Part shown: positions 46,658-57,848 of the stretch, piece by piece
How positions within the stretch are numbered: position 1 is the stretch's first letter
How the letters are laid out: each line of letters begins with the position of its first letter
NCBI RefSeq assembly: GCF_000372725.1
Contig: NW_005201202.1
Location: forward strand, 248,001 to 312,000
Length of the DNA: 64,000 nucleotides
From: Emiliania huxleyi CCMP1516
Taxonomy: Eukaryota
Direction: 5' to 3'
Program-made: the position numbers and the translations under genes
Notes under the pieces: model-generated
The model's input: the letters and a program-made list of their open reading frames with translations, nothing else
What the model was told of the DNA's origin: nothing
Databases searched by the model: none

Positions 46658-47420
46658 AAGTACGTGATGTGTACGTCGGTTGTGTCCGTGCTGCCTCTCT
46701 CTGTCTGAGTGTCGCCCACACCTCCTCAGCGTGCGTACCCTCGCGCAGCGCCGTCACGAGCTGGAGAGGGCGGGTGGCGTCGCGCGCCTCGCGCCACGAC
46801 AGGCGCGCCTCACGCGCCGCGCCCGACGCGCGGGCCAGCGCCAATCTCGAGCGACTGATCTGCTTCTGCTGCCGGTGCAGCTGCAGCGCGGCGATGGCGA
46901 CGGCGACGGCGACGGCGACTGCGAGGAGCTGCGGCGGCGGCGCTGCGGCGGAGACCCACACGGCGGGGGTGAGGGCGGCGTAGGAGCAGGCCGGCTCGGC
47001 AAGCGGCCACGCCGCCTGAACCACGCCCTGCACCACCACCGCCTCGTGGTCTCCCTTCCAGCATGCGCGTGCGGCCATCCGGTTCCGACTTCCGCGCGAG
47101 AGGCAGCGAAGGCAGCCGGGGCCGAGGCAGAGCACCTGCCCGACGCCGCCGGCATCACGCAGCGCCAGCCGCGTGCCCTCGTCGCCCCGGAGCCACCGCC
47201 GCGAGCCGCGCTGCTCGAGCCGCCAGGGCGACAGGCACGGCCCACCGTCCGAGGGCTCGAGCCGGAGCGGGCCAGTCACAAGCCGCATCCCGTCGTGGAC
47301 GGTGATCAGCTCGACGGGAGTGGACTCGGCGGTGTCGCGGCGCTTGCCGCGGGCGGACGCGATGGCTGCAGCAGCAGAGGCGGCTGTGGTGGCTGTTGCG
47401 GCGGTGCACATCCACATTGG

Positions 47421-47456
<36 letters not shown>

Positions 47457-47543
47457 GCTGGAGGCGGTGAAGAGGGCGGCGGCGACGCGGGTGGCGAGGG
47501 CGGTGATGACTGCGGCGACGGGCAGGGCGGCGACGAGCGGCAT
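45100..47543 (-). CDS. hypothetical multi-exon protein, probably with targeting/TM segments
   Basis: Long Ala-rich ORF starting MPLVAALPVAAV.., with further coding-like segments separated by intron-like sequence containing (GCAC)n. Boundaries uncertain. Confidence 0.3.
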
Positions 47544-49286
47544 GAAACGGGCGGCAGAGCGGTGCGAACTGGCGGCGACGGTTGTCGATTCAAGGGCAAA
47601 TTCACAGATAGGGTGATAAGAAAACAAAACCTCGCATACGACGACAGTGAGGGTGTGAGAGACAGACCCAGGGAAGGTCTTTCACTACCTTACAGCCTTC
47701 ACAGCCTTGTTATTGAGAAGATAACGCACGGGCCCTCAGCGGAGCTGGGAAGAGGACCGCCGCAAGCGGCGTGGCGTGGAGCGGTTGTGCATCCCTCCGG
47801 GGGCCCCTCTGCGCCGGGGAGGCGTTGTTGGAGGCTAGGACGCAAGCGTCCGTCGCCCTTTTCAAACTCGGGGCCCACTGCCGCTAGCGCTACGCTCCGA
47901 CCCGAATTTGGAGGGCCTAAAAATTTAAGGTGTTGCTGCGCAAAAGGGGTCGGACACCGGGCGCAGCTCATGCTAAGAGCTAGAAGAGGAGATAGAGAGA
48001 ACAACCACCCTGTCCCGTTATTGCGTACACCAACAAACACCACAAAACGCTCTCTCTCTCCTGTCCTCACTCAGGGGGGTCACAACTACCAAGTCCCTCG
48101 ACTAGCTGCCACAGGGCGCAGCTGCCACAGGGCGCAGCTGGAGACGCTCCCCCTCAATCGGCATCCACCCCCACCCGCTCCAGCCCCACTTCTGCTGCCG
48201 AGAGAGCTGAATCGAAGCAAGCGAGCCATTGCATCTTGGCGTGCTCCTGGAGCGCGGCTTTCTGCGGCCACGAGCACGGCGGAGTCGGCGTCGTAGCGCG
48301 CATCGTTCCCGCTCATCGCCCATTCCTCCCGTGACGTGTGTCGGCCGCGATTCGATGTCGCCACCTTCATCGCCAACGAGGACTCCCTCGACTGCAGGGG
48401 GGCTCCGGCGCGGGGAGGGACTCCGCCTGCTGCGCTGGCCGACTGCGCCCTCCTCCTCCATGGGATCGATCCGATTCCGCAGCGGCGGTGCTGCGCGGGA
48501 GGCGGCCGCGGGCACGCTGGGCTCGATCAGCGGCTTTCCCCTCAGGTAGCGCGAAAGCACGGATTTGGCGGATCTTTCTGCCCATAGGGGTGGTTGAAGG
48601 GTTGAGGGTTGAGGCCCCCCCTCAACCATCTGGTTGACGGTTGAGACCCCCCGTCAACCCTTTAGTTGAGGGTTGAGGCCTCCGGGGCCTATTCACAGGC
48701 TCGCGCGTGATCACAAGATAAACTGGAACAGCCCTGCCGCCAAAAAAACGCTTCGCCTGCGGCGCGCTCTTGAGCGCAATCCATAAGTAGGAGACGCTCA
48801 CTGTCGCCATTCAGGCGCCTGATCTTTCAGCAAAGCGATGGCCTACCAGGTACGAGTTCAGATGCGCGCCCGGCAGAAGACGCTTGTGATGCCGCATGCA
48901 GTGGGATGCGCAGAGAGAACGGACGGCAAGAGAAGGCAAGGGTAGGAAGAGAAACGGCTGGTGAAGCTCAGCTCACGGCGTAAGTATTGCGGTCACTAAC
49001 CATCCACGGCAAGAGTCACGGTGAATGCTGCCGCATAAAGCAACAGAGTCGCGCTTGGCGCGATGGTCTTGTCGCGGTTCACGACTTGACGTTGCACACG
49101 GTCATAGACGCAGGATCTATTTGGCGAGTCTCAAGCAGCGAAAGTAGGCGCGAGAAATTAATGTCGATCCTGAGATCTCAATTTTGGCGCTAGTTTCGTT
49201 TTCTGGTACATCACGACGACTTGCTTGGGTCTCATGTACTCGACGGCTCTTCGACGGCTCTTTCTGTTTGGACCAGACAGTGCTAA

Positions 49287-51059
49287 TCAGTCAACAACGC
49301 AATGCCGAGAGCAGGGCGGCCTTAGAGCAGAGGGCGGCCTTCGAGCAGGGATCACCAGGGACGCGTTCCAACCATTTGGGTATCTCTGAGACCTTGGAAG
49401 CACGACGTCCTTGAAGACAATGGCAAGTGCGGCCCCCGCCACACTTGCCCTCCTAGTCCTTATGTTATGCGGGGGGAACGGGCACGGGTCATCGTAATAC
49501 GGCGAAAGAGCGCAGTGGACGCCGACCTCGCAGCACAGAAAACGGTCGCCATCGTATCCGCGATCTTGGAATGCAGTATCGTTGCCGACAACTGCAATCG
49601 TTGGCCAGGCACCGTACCATATAGCGTGCAGGAAGCTGTCGGCAATCAATGGATTCACTGCAACCGCCACAAGGCCGTTAGGTGAAGGGATCGGCGAGGT
49701 CGTATCCCTCTGGCCCAAACCTTCAGGCAAGACAAGTCGACGCCCGTCGCGCCAGTCTCCGGTCTTGAGAACGGACTGGATATGCCAGCTTGCCGCAGCT
49801 CGAATCTCGCCGTGATGAACAGTAAGAGACTCGATTTTGTAGCGGATGTCGATCACGGCCGTTCCAAGATCCACGGATGGGATTTGTGGAAGGGGGTCGT
49901 TCATCAGCGGACCAAGGGCAGTTTCAATCCAACTGGAATAGCTGGCTTGGATGAATGGGGCAATAGCGGCCGTAAAAGTATTGGCGAGCGTATTCACCAG
50001 TGGTGTAAGCAAAGACGAAACTGCGCTACAGGCAGAAAGTTCCGCTGGGGGCTGGAGGTAGACCACAGAGCTCCAGAGGTTGAAACCGTCGGGCGCTGGT
50101 TCGAGTTTGATTTGCTGCCTGCTTTTCTCAGGATCCGAAACAACCGAAACCAGGAACGCGGCGTCGATAATAGGAATAAGGATATGAGCGGTAAATCCGA
50201 GGCTGCATTGAAACCCGACGCCTGCGCAGGCTTCTGCACGGACTCCGATGTGTTTGATATGGCCAACAATTCCTGTGGCACGCACCTTAAGTTTGATCTG
50301 AGTGCTGTTGACTGCTTCAGCAGTGACTGAGGTCTCCCCGCCTTCTTTAGGGTTCATAAGGTCGGCAGGGAGCTGGGCGAACGAAATTCCCTCGATGCCA
50401 GCAAATAATTTTAGACCCAGGCCAACACACCCTCCCAACCAACATTCGCACTTGCCTTCCGCCACCTCCTTCTTGATTTCATTCTGGATCTCCGGGTCGT
50501 TGTTGAGGAAACGCATAAGACCGGGAAAGAAATCGTTCGCGAAAGCTGGTGCGAGCTTATCGATGGCGTCCACACTGGCAACAAGATTGGTCGGATGCGG
50601 GTCGTAAGCGTAGCTGCTTCCGCCGAGCAGGCCGCTTCCACCAAGCCGGCCGCATGATTCAAGGCACGTATCTAGAACTGTGGTACACGCCGATTGGACT
50701 GACGCAGAGTTCTTCGGACCGAAGTTCGCGCCGTGTTGTACACACGCATCCATCCGCATGCCACAGCCGTCTTTGCACGTCATGGTAACAGTGTCGTCGA
50801 GCGAGAACGGAGCAGGGTCCAGGAACGAGGACTCGCTGCGACCATCGGCATGGATCGAAAAGTAGCGCTGAGCCCAGGCTTCGACCGCATCCCGGGCGTA
50901 AAGAGGTTCCTCTTCGTAGCACTTGTTAGCAGGCGGCCTGCTTGCAAATGTCGTGCCACGTGCGGTGGCTTGCTCAGTCTCGGCCGAGAGCGCGGCAGCG
51001 CCAGGCAGAAAGGCCGAGCAGCACATGCCGAGCACTATCATGCGGGATACAAAGAGCAT
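49287..51059 (-). CDS. secreted Cys-rich protein with candidate BPI/LBP (TULIP) lipid-binding fold
   Basis: Long uninterrupted ORF with visibly lower GC than neighbouring genes. Signal peptide MLFVSRMIVLGMCCSAFLPGAAA. Secondary-structure pattern resembles the BPI N-terminal domain and linker. 3' end may continue through an intron. Confidence 0.6.
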   Translation of the reverse strand: MLFVSRMIVLGMCCSAFLPGAAALSAETEQATARGTTFASRPPANKCYEEEPLYARDAVEAWAQRYFSIHADGRSESSFLDPAPFSLDDTVTMTCKDGCGMRMDACVQHGANFGPKNSASVQSACTTVLDTCLESCGRLGGSGLLGGSSYAYDPHPTNLVASVDAIDKLAPAFANDFFPGLMRFLNNDPEIQNEIKKEVAEGKCECWLGGCVGLGLKLFAGIEGISFAQLPADLMNPKEGGETSVTAEAVNSTQIKLKVRATGIVGHIKHIGVRAEACAGVGFQCSLGFTAHILIPIIDAAFLVSVVSDPEKSRQQIKLEPAPDGFNLWSSVVYLQPPAELSACSAVSSLLTPLVNTLANTFTAAIAPFIQASYSSWIETALGPLMNDPLPQIPSVDLGTAVIDIRYKIESLTVHHGEIRAAASWHIQSVLKTGDWRDGRRLVLPEGLGQRDTTSPIPSPNGLVAVAVNPLIADSFLHAIWYGAWPTIAVVGNDTAFQDRGYDGDRFLCCEVGVHCALSPYYDDPCPFPPHNIRTRRASVAGAALAIVFKDVVLPRSQRYPNGWNASLVIPARRPPSALRPPCSRHCVVD

Positions 51060-51579
51060 CGCAAAAGTGTTGTGGATCCGGCAGGCGCGGCGGGGGCCGC
51101 CCACTCCTTTGGCGCGCAATCACGTGCACAGGGAAACCGCCCGCCGCCAGCTTTTTCGTGATCGCCGCCACTTCAATTGTGTGGGCCCTACAAAAAAAAC
51201 GGAAACGCGTTTGCGATGAGGAGCGACACCGAGCCCGACGATGCCGACGCTGAGGCGCGGCATATGGCGGCAGGGGTCCTCCGCTAGACGACGCAGCACG
51301 CACCAGTTGTTTGTGCCAGTTTTCTCACGGGGGAGAGGCTGTGTGATGCGATGTATCAATGGTAAGCGCAAAGCGGCTACACGACGACGAGCGGTCCGTC
51401 CAGCATCCAGGCTTGGAACGGCGGCAAGCTACGGCGCGCGGACTTCCGTATGGATTGGCCCTAGTTTTTTTCTTTTTTACCGGCACGCGAGCGAGCAGGG
51501 TCAGACCCTCTAACCAACTCCAATCCGGGCGGTCCGCACCTTCCACCTATACCGTCGCGGCTCATCGCACCCATGCGGC

Positions 51580-52230
51580 TCATCGCACTGCCGCCCCATC
51601 GCCCGCCCGCGGTGTCCGCGCGACGTCGAGCGTCATAAAGGCGCCGCCCTCCGCCCGGCGCAGGCGCGCCGCCAGGGCCTCCCCCAAGCCGGTCCAGGGC
51701 GTGAGCACGCCTCCCGCCGCAGAGGGGTGCGCGTCCAGACTCAGGCAGAGCCCCACCTCGGCCAGCATCTTAGCGGTCGCGCCGTAGCCCGGGTCGCCCT
51801 TGCCCGCGACGGTCGCAACCGCCTGCGCGCCGCTCGCCGCCGTCGCCGTCACCTCCACCGCGAATGCGCCCTCCTCGAGGAGCCACGAGGGAGGGCCCTC
51901 GCCCGAGCGCGGCGAGAGGCTGATCGGCTCGCCGCGGAAGTAGCCGAGGCCGCGCGACGCGTACACCCAGCCGAGGCGCAGCCAGAGCCCGACCGACGAG
52001 CACTCGGAGTAGGAGACCTGCTGCGCGAGGCCGCGCAGCGCCAGCGAGCGACGCACGACGCGCGCGTTGATCGGCCTGGTCGAGGCACGGGGCGTAGCGC
52101 GGGGAGCGTCAGACACCCCACACCACGGCGGTCAAACGGCGGGGCGTCTCGCACGCCCCATGAAGAAGGGCTGCCGCCGCGAGAGGCCCCAGCCAAAGCC
52201 CGTCGGCATCCCGTCGGCGGTGCCTGCCAT
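51580..52230 (-). pseudogene. saccharopine dehydrogenase-like oxidoreductase (SCCPDH/trans-acting enoyl reductase), C-terminal half only
   Basis: PFFMG|PINARVVRRS, SYSE, P..GEGP, GDPGYGATAKMLAE..LCL and GGVLTP..LG..L..RL. No N-terminal Rossmann (GATGFTG) exon found upstream. Confidence 0.7.
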
Positions 52231-53190
52231 CAGCTGGTGCCCCAATTCATTAAAAAGAAACCCCGATTAAGAAAGAAAATTTTTTGCAGGCCAACTCGTG
52301 CGTCCGATTAGAAAAGTTCGACGGGGAAAAGAAAGATGATTGGTTGTGCGAAGCTGCTCTGCTACTTCCAAGCTGCGTATTCTTGTCGAGTAGTACAAGC
52401 CTCAAGCGTCTGATGACTCTGTCAGGACTCTGTCAGGTCTCCATCAGGACTGGCAGCAGCAGTTAGGTCTCTATTATGCTATCCCCGCGCTGAGGCTGGG
52501 GAGGCCCGCGGCTGAGGCTGTCCCTGCCTCGTGCATGGCGCCCGCCAGATCACGGCACACGGGGGCCCGTCTCTCGCGACCTTCGAGACGTGGGCGGAGT
52601 GTCGAACAGTCTCGGGCACCAGTCGTTTGCATGCTTTAGCAGGCATCGAGCAGCTCCACCAGCATGCCGACGAGCGCCTTGTCGAGCAGGTCGCGCCAGC
52701 ACATGTGCGTCTCGCTCATGCGCTTGAAGGCGTCGGCGGGGTTGGGGTTGCGGAGCTATCAGCTAAGAAACCACCGCGTTGGGTGGATGAGGGCTGTGGA
52801 AAGGCTTTTAGAAACGGCGGCGTGCCGCGGAATCCTGTTTTCTTAATGCCCGCAACCCACTGTACGTTCTAGGCTCAGCCTCACGCGAAAAGAATTTTAC
52901 CGGCATGCAACTCAAGTGCAACTCTTAATGGTCCAAAACTGTCGCTCATACGCTGTCAAGAAAATTCAACAACAAACGAGCGAAGCTCCCTCGCAGCGGA
53001 ATGTTGTGGCCCTGCGTCGCCTGTGTGGGGGGGCACACGCGGCCGGACGCAACACGCACGCGCCATCAGTACGTACTAGCGCTGTACCAGAGGGCTACCG
53101 GCGCTATCTCAGTGTACATGAGACCAGAGTCCCAGACCCAGACCAAGAAGAGAAAAGTAACGCGGACCCCTGAAGAGATGGTGCCCGCGC

Positions 53191-54601
53191 TCAGTTGTAC
53201 CGCTCGGCGCCGCCAAACCAGTCAAAGGGTGTGTCGTCGAGGCAGACGACGACGGACTGCGTCTCGGTGTACTCGTGCAGCGCCTCCCACCCGTTCTCGC
53301 GTCCGACGCCCGAGTGGCCGAACCCGCCCCACGGTGAGCTCGGGTCGTTGCGGTGGTGCGCGTTGACCCACACGATGCCCGCGCGCACGCCCTGTGCGAC
53401 GCGGTGCGCACCTGCGGACTTGAACACGCCGGAGTCAGGGTGTCGTGCAGTGTATTCGGAGCACTGCGTGAATACAAGGGCCCCGAGTACAGCTGAATAC
53501 AGCTGAATGCGTGTCCTCTCGAGTACTCGTCGGGAAGCGCGGATCTGTCTCCAGCTTCTGGGGGTGTGCACGAGCGACGTCGCGCGTCCAGACCGCAGCG
53601 CCGAGCCCGAAGCGCGAGTCGTTGGCGAGGGCTAGAGCGTGCGCCTCGTCTGCAAAACCGACCAGCGTGACGCACGGCCCGAAGATCTCCTCCTGGAAGC
53701 AACTGAAGTGCGGCTGCACGTCGCCAATCACGGTCGGCTCGACGAACCAGCCCGCCTAGGCCTCGCCCAATCTCGCCGGTCAGTCTCGGGTCATCTCGGG
53801 TGCTCGGCCGGCTCGACCCGACCACCGCCCGCCTCGCACCCCGCCGCGCTCGACCGCACGCCGCCGCACAGGAGCGTCGCGCCCTGCGGCGCCGCGGTCT
53901 CGACCAGGGACAACACGCGCCGCATCTGAAGCTCCGAGACGAGCGGGCCCATCTGGGTGCCGGCCGCCATCGGGTCGCCGAGCACGATACCCTTCGCCTT
54001 GGCGACGAGCCTCTCGCGGAAGGCGGGCAGCAGCGCCTCCTGCACGAGCACGCGCTTCGCGGAGATGCACGTCTGCCCGCTCGCGACGAAGGCGCCGAAG
54101 GCCACGCCTGCGGGGCGTGCCGTGGACACGTTGTGGACGTGTCCTGGACATGCATGTGTCCCGCCGCCTCCCTGAGCCGCGCCGTTGACGGCTTGCTCGA
54201 GGTCGGCGTCGGCAAAGACGAGGACAGGCGCATTGCCGCCGAGCTCCATGCACACACGCGCCAGGTTGCGCGAAGCCGCCGCCGCCGCCAGCATGCCCGT
54301 CTCGGTGCCACCCGTCAGGTCGAGCTTGGCCACCGTCGCGTGCTCAGCGAGCGCCTTGCCCGCCACGGCGCCGAGGCCGCACACGACATTGAGGACGCCC
54401 GCCGGCAGGCCGGCGGCGGTGAAGATGCGGGCGAGCTCGAGGACGGCGACGGGCGCCAGCTCGGAGGGCTTCACCACCACCGTGTTGCCCGCGGCGAGCG
54501 CCTGCGCGCATATGTACGGGCGAGCGCCTTGCCTGGGACCTGCCTGGTCTGGCGGTCGCTCTCGACTGTCCGTGGTGCGATGGGGCTCTCAAAGAGAAGG
54601 C

Positions 54602-54645
<44 letters not shown>

Positions 54646-55223
54646 CGCGCTCCCACGGACAAATGGGGGCCCAGGGTGTGTGATTGAGTGTGCACTCTCT
54701 TCTCGCTCGCTCTTGAGTTCTCTTCCCGCACCGGCGCAATCTTCTTGAGCGCGATCAGCAGCGGGTGGTTCCACGGCGTGATCAGCGCGCACACGCCGAG
54801 CGGCACGCGGCGAACATAGTTGAGGTGCTTCGCGTCGGAGAAGGGCGGCACCTGCCCTTCCATACCTTGCGCCAGCGCCGCAAAGTGCTCGAGCCACTCT
54901 GGCAGTCGCGCCAGCTGCGCGCGCATCTCACGCACACACCGCCCTGTCTGCCGGCTCTCCGCCTCGGCGAGCCAGCCAATCTCGTCGGTCAGCAGCTGTG
55001 CCGTCTTGAGCAGCACGCGAGCTCGCTGGCGGGGCTGCAGGCCCGACCATCGGCCGTCGGCGAACGCCGCCGCCGCCGCCGCAACCGCCACATCCACGTC
55101 TGCGGCCTTTGCGGCCGCGACGGTGGTGACCAGCGACTGGTCGAACGGAGAGCGCACTTCGAGCATCTCGTGGCCTCCGACTACCTCGGCGCCGTCGATG
55201 TAGTGCCCGTACGTTGGCTTCAT
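53191..55223 (-). CDS. NAD(P)-dependent aldehyde dehydrogenase (betaine/aminoaldehyde-DH-like), multi-exon
   Basis: PLGVCALITPWNHP, LAAGNTVVVKPSE, TGGTETG, ELGGNAP (catalytic Glu), ASGQTCI (catalytic Cys), EEIFGP and PWGGFGHSGVGRENG. Confidence 0.93.
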
Positions 55224-55530
55224 GGGGAGCAGCGGCTGTCTGCTTAGCAGCGAGTCGACTGTCTGCTACAGACCCGCGTATTGGGCCGCAGCCACACCCG
55301 ATGGTCCTGTTGGTTTTCAAAAAAATCTCTGTTGTTTGACAGGCCGCGAGTCGGTGGGAAGGTTCTCCCATCCCTCCCTTGGGTTGTCTGCTTTCTTTCT
55401 TTCTTTCTGGGAAGGTATCAGTGAAAAAAAAACGTCACCGCAGTAGGCACAGGACATGTAGTTGTCATGTGACAGCTCGAGAGACACGGGCCCGAACACG
55501 CCATATATCTCACAACAACTCCGACTTGAG

Positions 55531-57495
55531 CTAGTCCGGCCCAAGCGACCTCCCAGAGTTGGTCTGGCGCATCTGCTGCACCCCGAGGAGAGCGTCCGCG
55601 TGCGATGCCACAAGAGTCAACGACTCTGACGATGCGTGAGCGGACTGCTTCCTCTCGAGGGACCCGAGCCTCTCCGGCGAATGCGGAAAGGACAGCGACG
55701 CCTCTGACGCCTCCGACGCGGCGCAGTCCGTGTCTGCATCATCGGCGGCAGCCTCGCTCGCCCGCGTCGACGGCCGGGTCGAGCCGACGCTCTCGCTGTC
55801 TCTCCTCCTGCCCCGCTGCGTCTTCAGCCCGGAGAAGGTTCGGGCGAGCGTCGAGGTTGGCCAGGACAGACCGACGGCGGGCTTCTGCGCGCTCTGGCGC
55901 TTGCTCTTCTTGCCAGCACCGCGCCAACTGCTCACCGGCTGAAAGCTCGACGAGGAGTCAAAGCTGGCCTCCTCAGGCGCGGCGTCGGCCATCTGCGTCC
56001 GCCGCGTCTCAAAGGCCGGGCTGCTTTGGAGCAGCACCAGCGCCCCCTTGGCCTCCACCAGCGAGTCGTACAGCTGCCGCGCCGCGGCCGCACTGCCGCA
56101 GCCGACGTGGACGCTCCCCTCGGCGGCGCGCAGCCAGAACGCCGAGGGTCCCTCGACGGTGGGCGAGGAGTCGTCCCTGGCGGCGGCGGGGACGGTCGAG
56201 CTCCGCCGCGGCAGCGCGCTCGAGCGCTGGAGCGACTCCTCGGCCGCGCCCTCCACCGCCCACTCGAGGACTAGCTCCTCGACCCGGAACTGCATCCCGA
56301 GCTGCAGGCAGTTCTTATCGCGCCGCTCGGGGCGAGCCAGGAGGAGGAGGTCCGAGAAGAGGAGCAGCTTGTGCTCCTTGGGCGTGCCGCGCGCGCACGC
56401 CTCCCCCGCCCTCGCGCCCGCTCCTCCCCCACGGCTCGTCTTAGGCCTTGAGACTGCCACCTCCGCCTCCAGCACAAAGCGCCGCGATGGTGTGATGAGG
56501 CTGGCACAGGCGCCGCGCAGTCGCTCGTGTACCTCTAGCATCTTGACGCGCGACTCGGCGTCCCGAACCATCTTGTTGACGTTGTCCGCCATCCCTCGCA
56601 CCTTGTCGTTCGCCTGCAAGAGAAGCTCGATGGCGGGGTGGCGCCCGCACTGACCCGTGGCCTTTTTGAGCGCCGCGAGCAAGCCCTCGAGCAGCAGCGG
56701 GTAGCGGCAGAGGCGCTGCACCGGCTTGATTAGGCATGCCGCGAGACGCAGGTCGGCAAATCCGCCCGCCGCGCCGGCCGCACCGCCGTCCTCGGCCACC
56801 TCGGCCTCGAGCCGCCGGATCGTGGTGGCGAGGGTGCCGCCTTGGTCCGCCGTCAGCTTTGTCAGCCGCTCGAGCGCGGCGAAATAGCCCGAGCAATAGA
56901 TGGCGTACGAGCGCAGGAAGGGCACGATGGTGAGGAATGCTCGTGCAACCGCCGCGACCGATTCCAACAAGCACGCGTCGCTCGTGGTGGCAAGGGCGCC
57001 CTGCAGCTGCTGCAGCAGCGCCTCGTTCACGCCGAGGATGATCTCGCACTTGCCAAAGATGACAGGCACGTCATCGCCGAGGAGCGGCTGTAGGGGTCGC
57101 ATGTAGCGGTCGACCAGCGTCCGGAGGGCGATGCAGTACGCGCGCTCCGTCTCGAGGATCTCGCGGAGCGCGGCGTCCACCTTTGGCGCTGCGTCCTTGG
57201 TGAGCGTCTCCAGAGCCGGAGCCGAGCTCGACTGCGGCTCTGGCTGATCGCGCTCGTCCGACGCCGCACTGTGCTCGTCGCCGCGAGAGCTTGTCCGGGG
57301 AACCGTCTTCCGAATCTCGGCCACCATTCCCACCACGCGCTGCTGCATCTCACCCGTCGGGAGTGAGGCGTCGGGCAGAGGTGTTGGTGGCGCTGGCTTG
57401 GACCGCGGAGTGATGGCCAGCGGCCGCTCGGCGTCGCGAACGCTTCCTTCGCCAGCGGTATCGTCGTCGACAGGGCGACTGCTGGAGCAGCCCAT
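55531..57495 (-). CDS. Rho guanine nucleotide exchange factor (DH + PH) with N-terminal myristoylation/palmitoylation motif
   Basis: MGCSSS start; REILETERAY..L (CR1), PFLRSYAIYC, CLIKPVQRLCRYPLLL (CR3); PH segment RRFVLE..LLLFSDLLL. Confidence 0.88.
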   Translation of the reverse strand: MGCSSSRPVDDDTAGEGSVRDAERPLAITPRSKPAPPTPLPDASLPTGEMQQRVVGMVAEIRKTVPRTSSRGDEHSAASDERDQPEPQSSSAPALETLTKDAAPKVDAALREILETERAYCIALRTLVDRYMRPLQPLLGDDVPVIFGKCEIILGVNEALLQQLQGALATTSDACLLESVAAVARAFLTIVPFLRSYAIYCSGYFAALERLTKLTADQGGTLATTIRRLEAEVAEDGGAAGAAGGFADLRLAACLIKPVQRLCRYPLLLEGLLAALKKATGQCGRHPAIELLLQANDKVRGMADNVNKMVRDAESRVKMLEVHERLRGACASLITPSRRFVLEAEVAVSRPKTSRGGGAGARAGEACARGTPKEHKLLLFSDLLLLARPERRDKNCLQLGMQFRVEELVLEWAVEGAAEESLQRSSALPRRSSTVPAAARDDSSPTVEGPSAFWLRAAEGSVHVGCGSAAAARQLYDSLVEAKGALVLLQSSPAFETRRTQMADAAPEEASFDSSSSFQPVSSWRGAGKKSKRQSAQKPAVGLSWPTSTLARTFSGLKTQRGRRRDSESVGSTRPSTRASEAAADDADTDCAASEASEASLSFPHSPERLGSLERKQSAHASSESLTLVASHADALLGVQQMRQTNSGRSLGPD

Positions 57496-57848
57496 TGCTT
57501 GTGGAAGGCGAGCGAGGCGTCTCGCAGCTGGATGGGTCCCTTGCCACGTGTCACCATCGATGGATACGCCGTCCCTGCCACCATGCCGCTCTCCCCACTC
57601 ACATAAACGCACAACCCCGGGCCCGAAATCGCACACAGACAGTCAGACATGCAACACGGGGTCCCAGGGCAACATCATAGGAATTCCTACTCACTAATAA
57701 CTACCCCACGTGAGCTTGCCGCTCGACGCCGCGGTGAGTAGTTCAGGTAATGTGGCGGTTAGAGAGAGTGTGAGAGAGAGTAGCTAGTAATCTTCATAGA
57801 CTTGCGAACAGACCCAATAGGGCAAGGAGCACGAACCCTGCAGAAAAG

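Noticed and set aside
53191..55223. ALDH as part of a methylglyoxal-detox cluster with the MGS fusion
   Set aside because: It lies about 38 kb away with unrelated genes between, and there is no evidence for its substrate.
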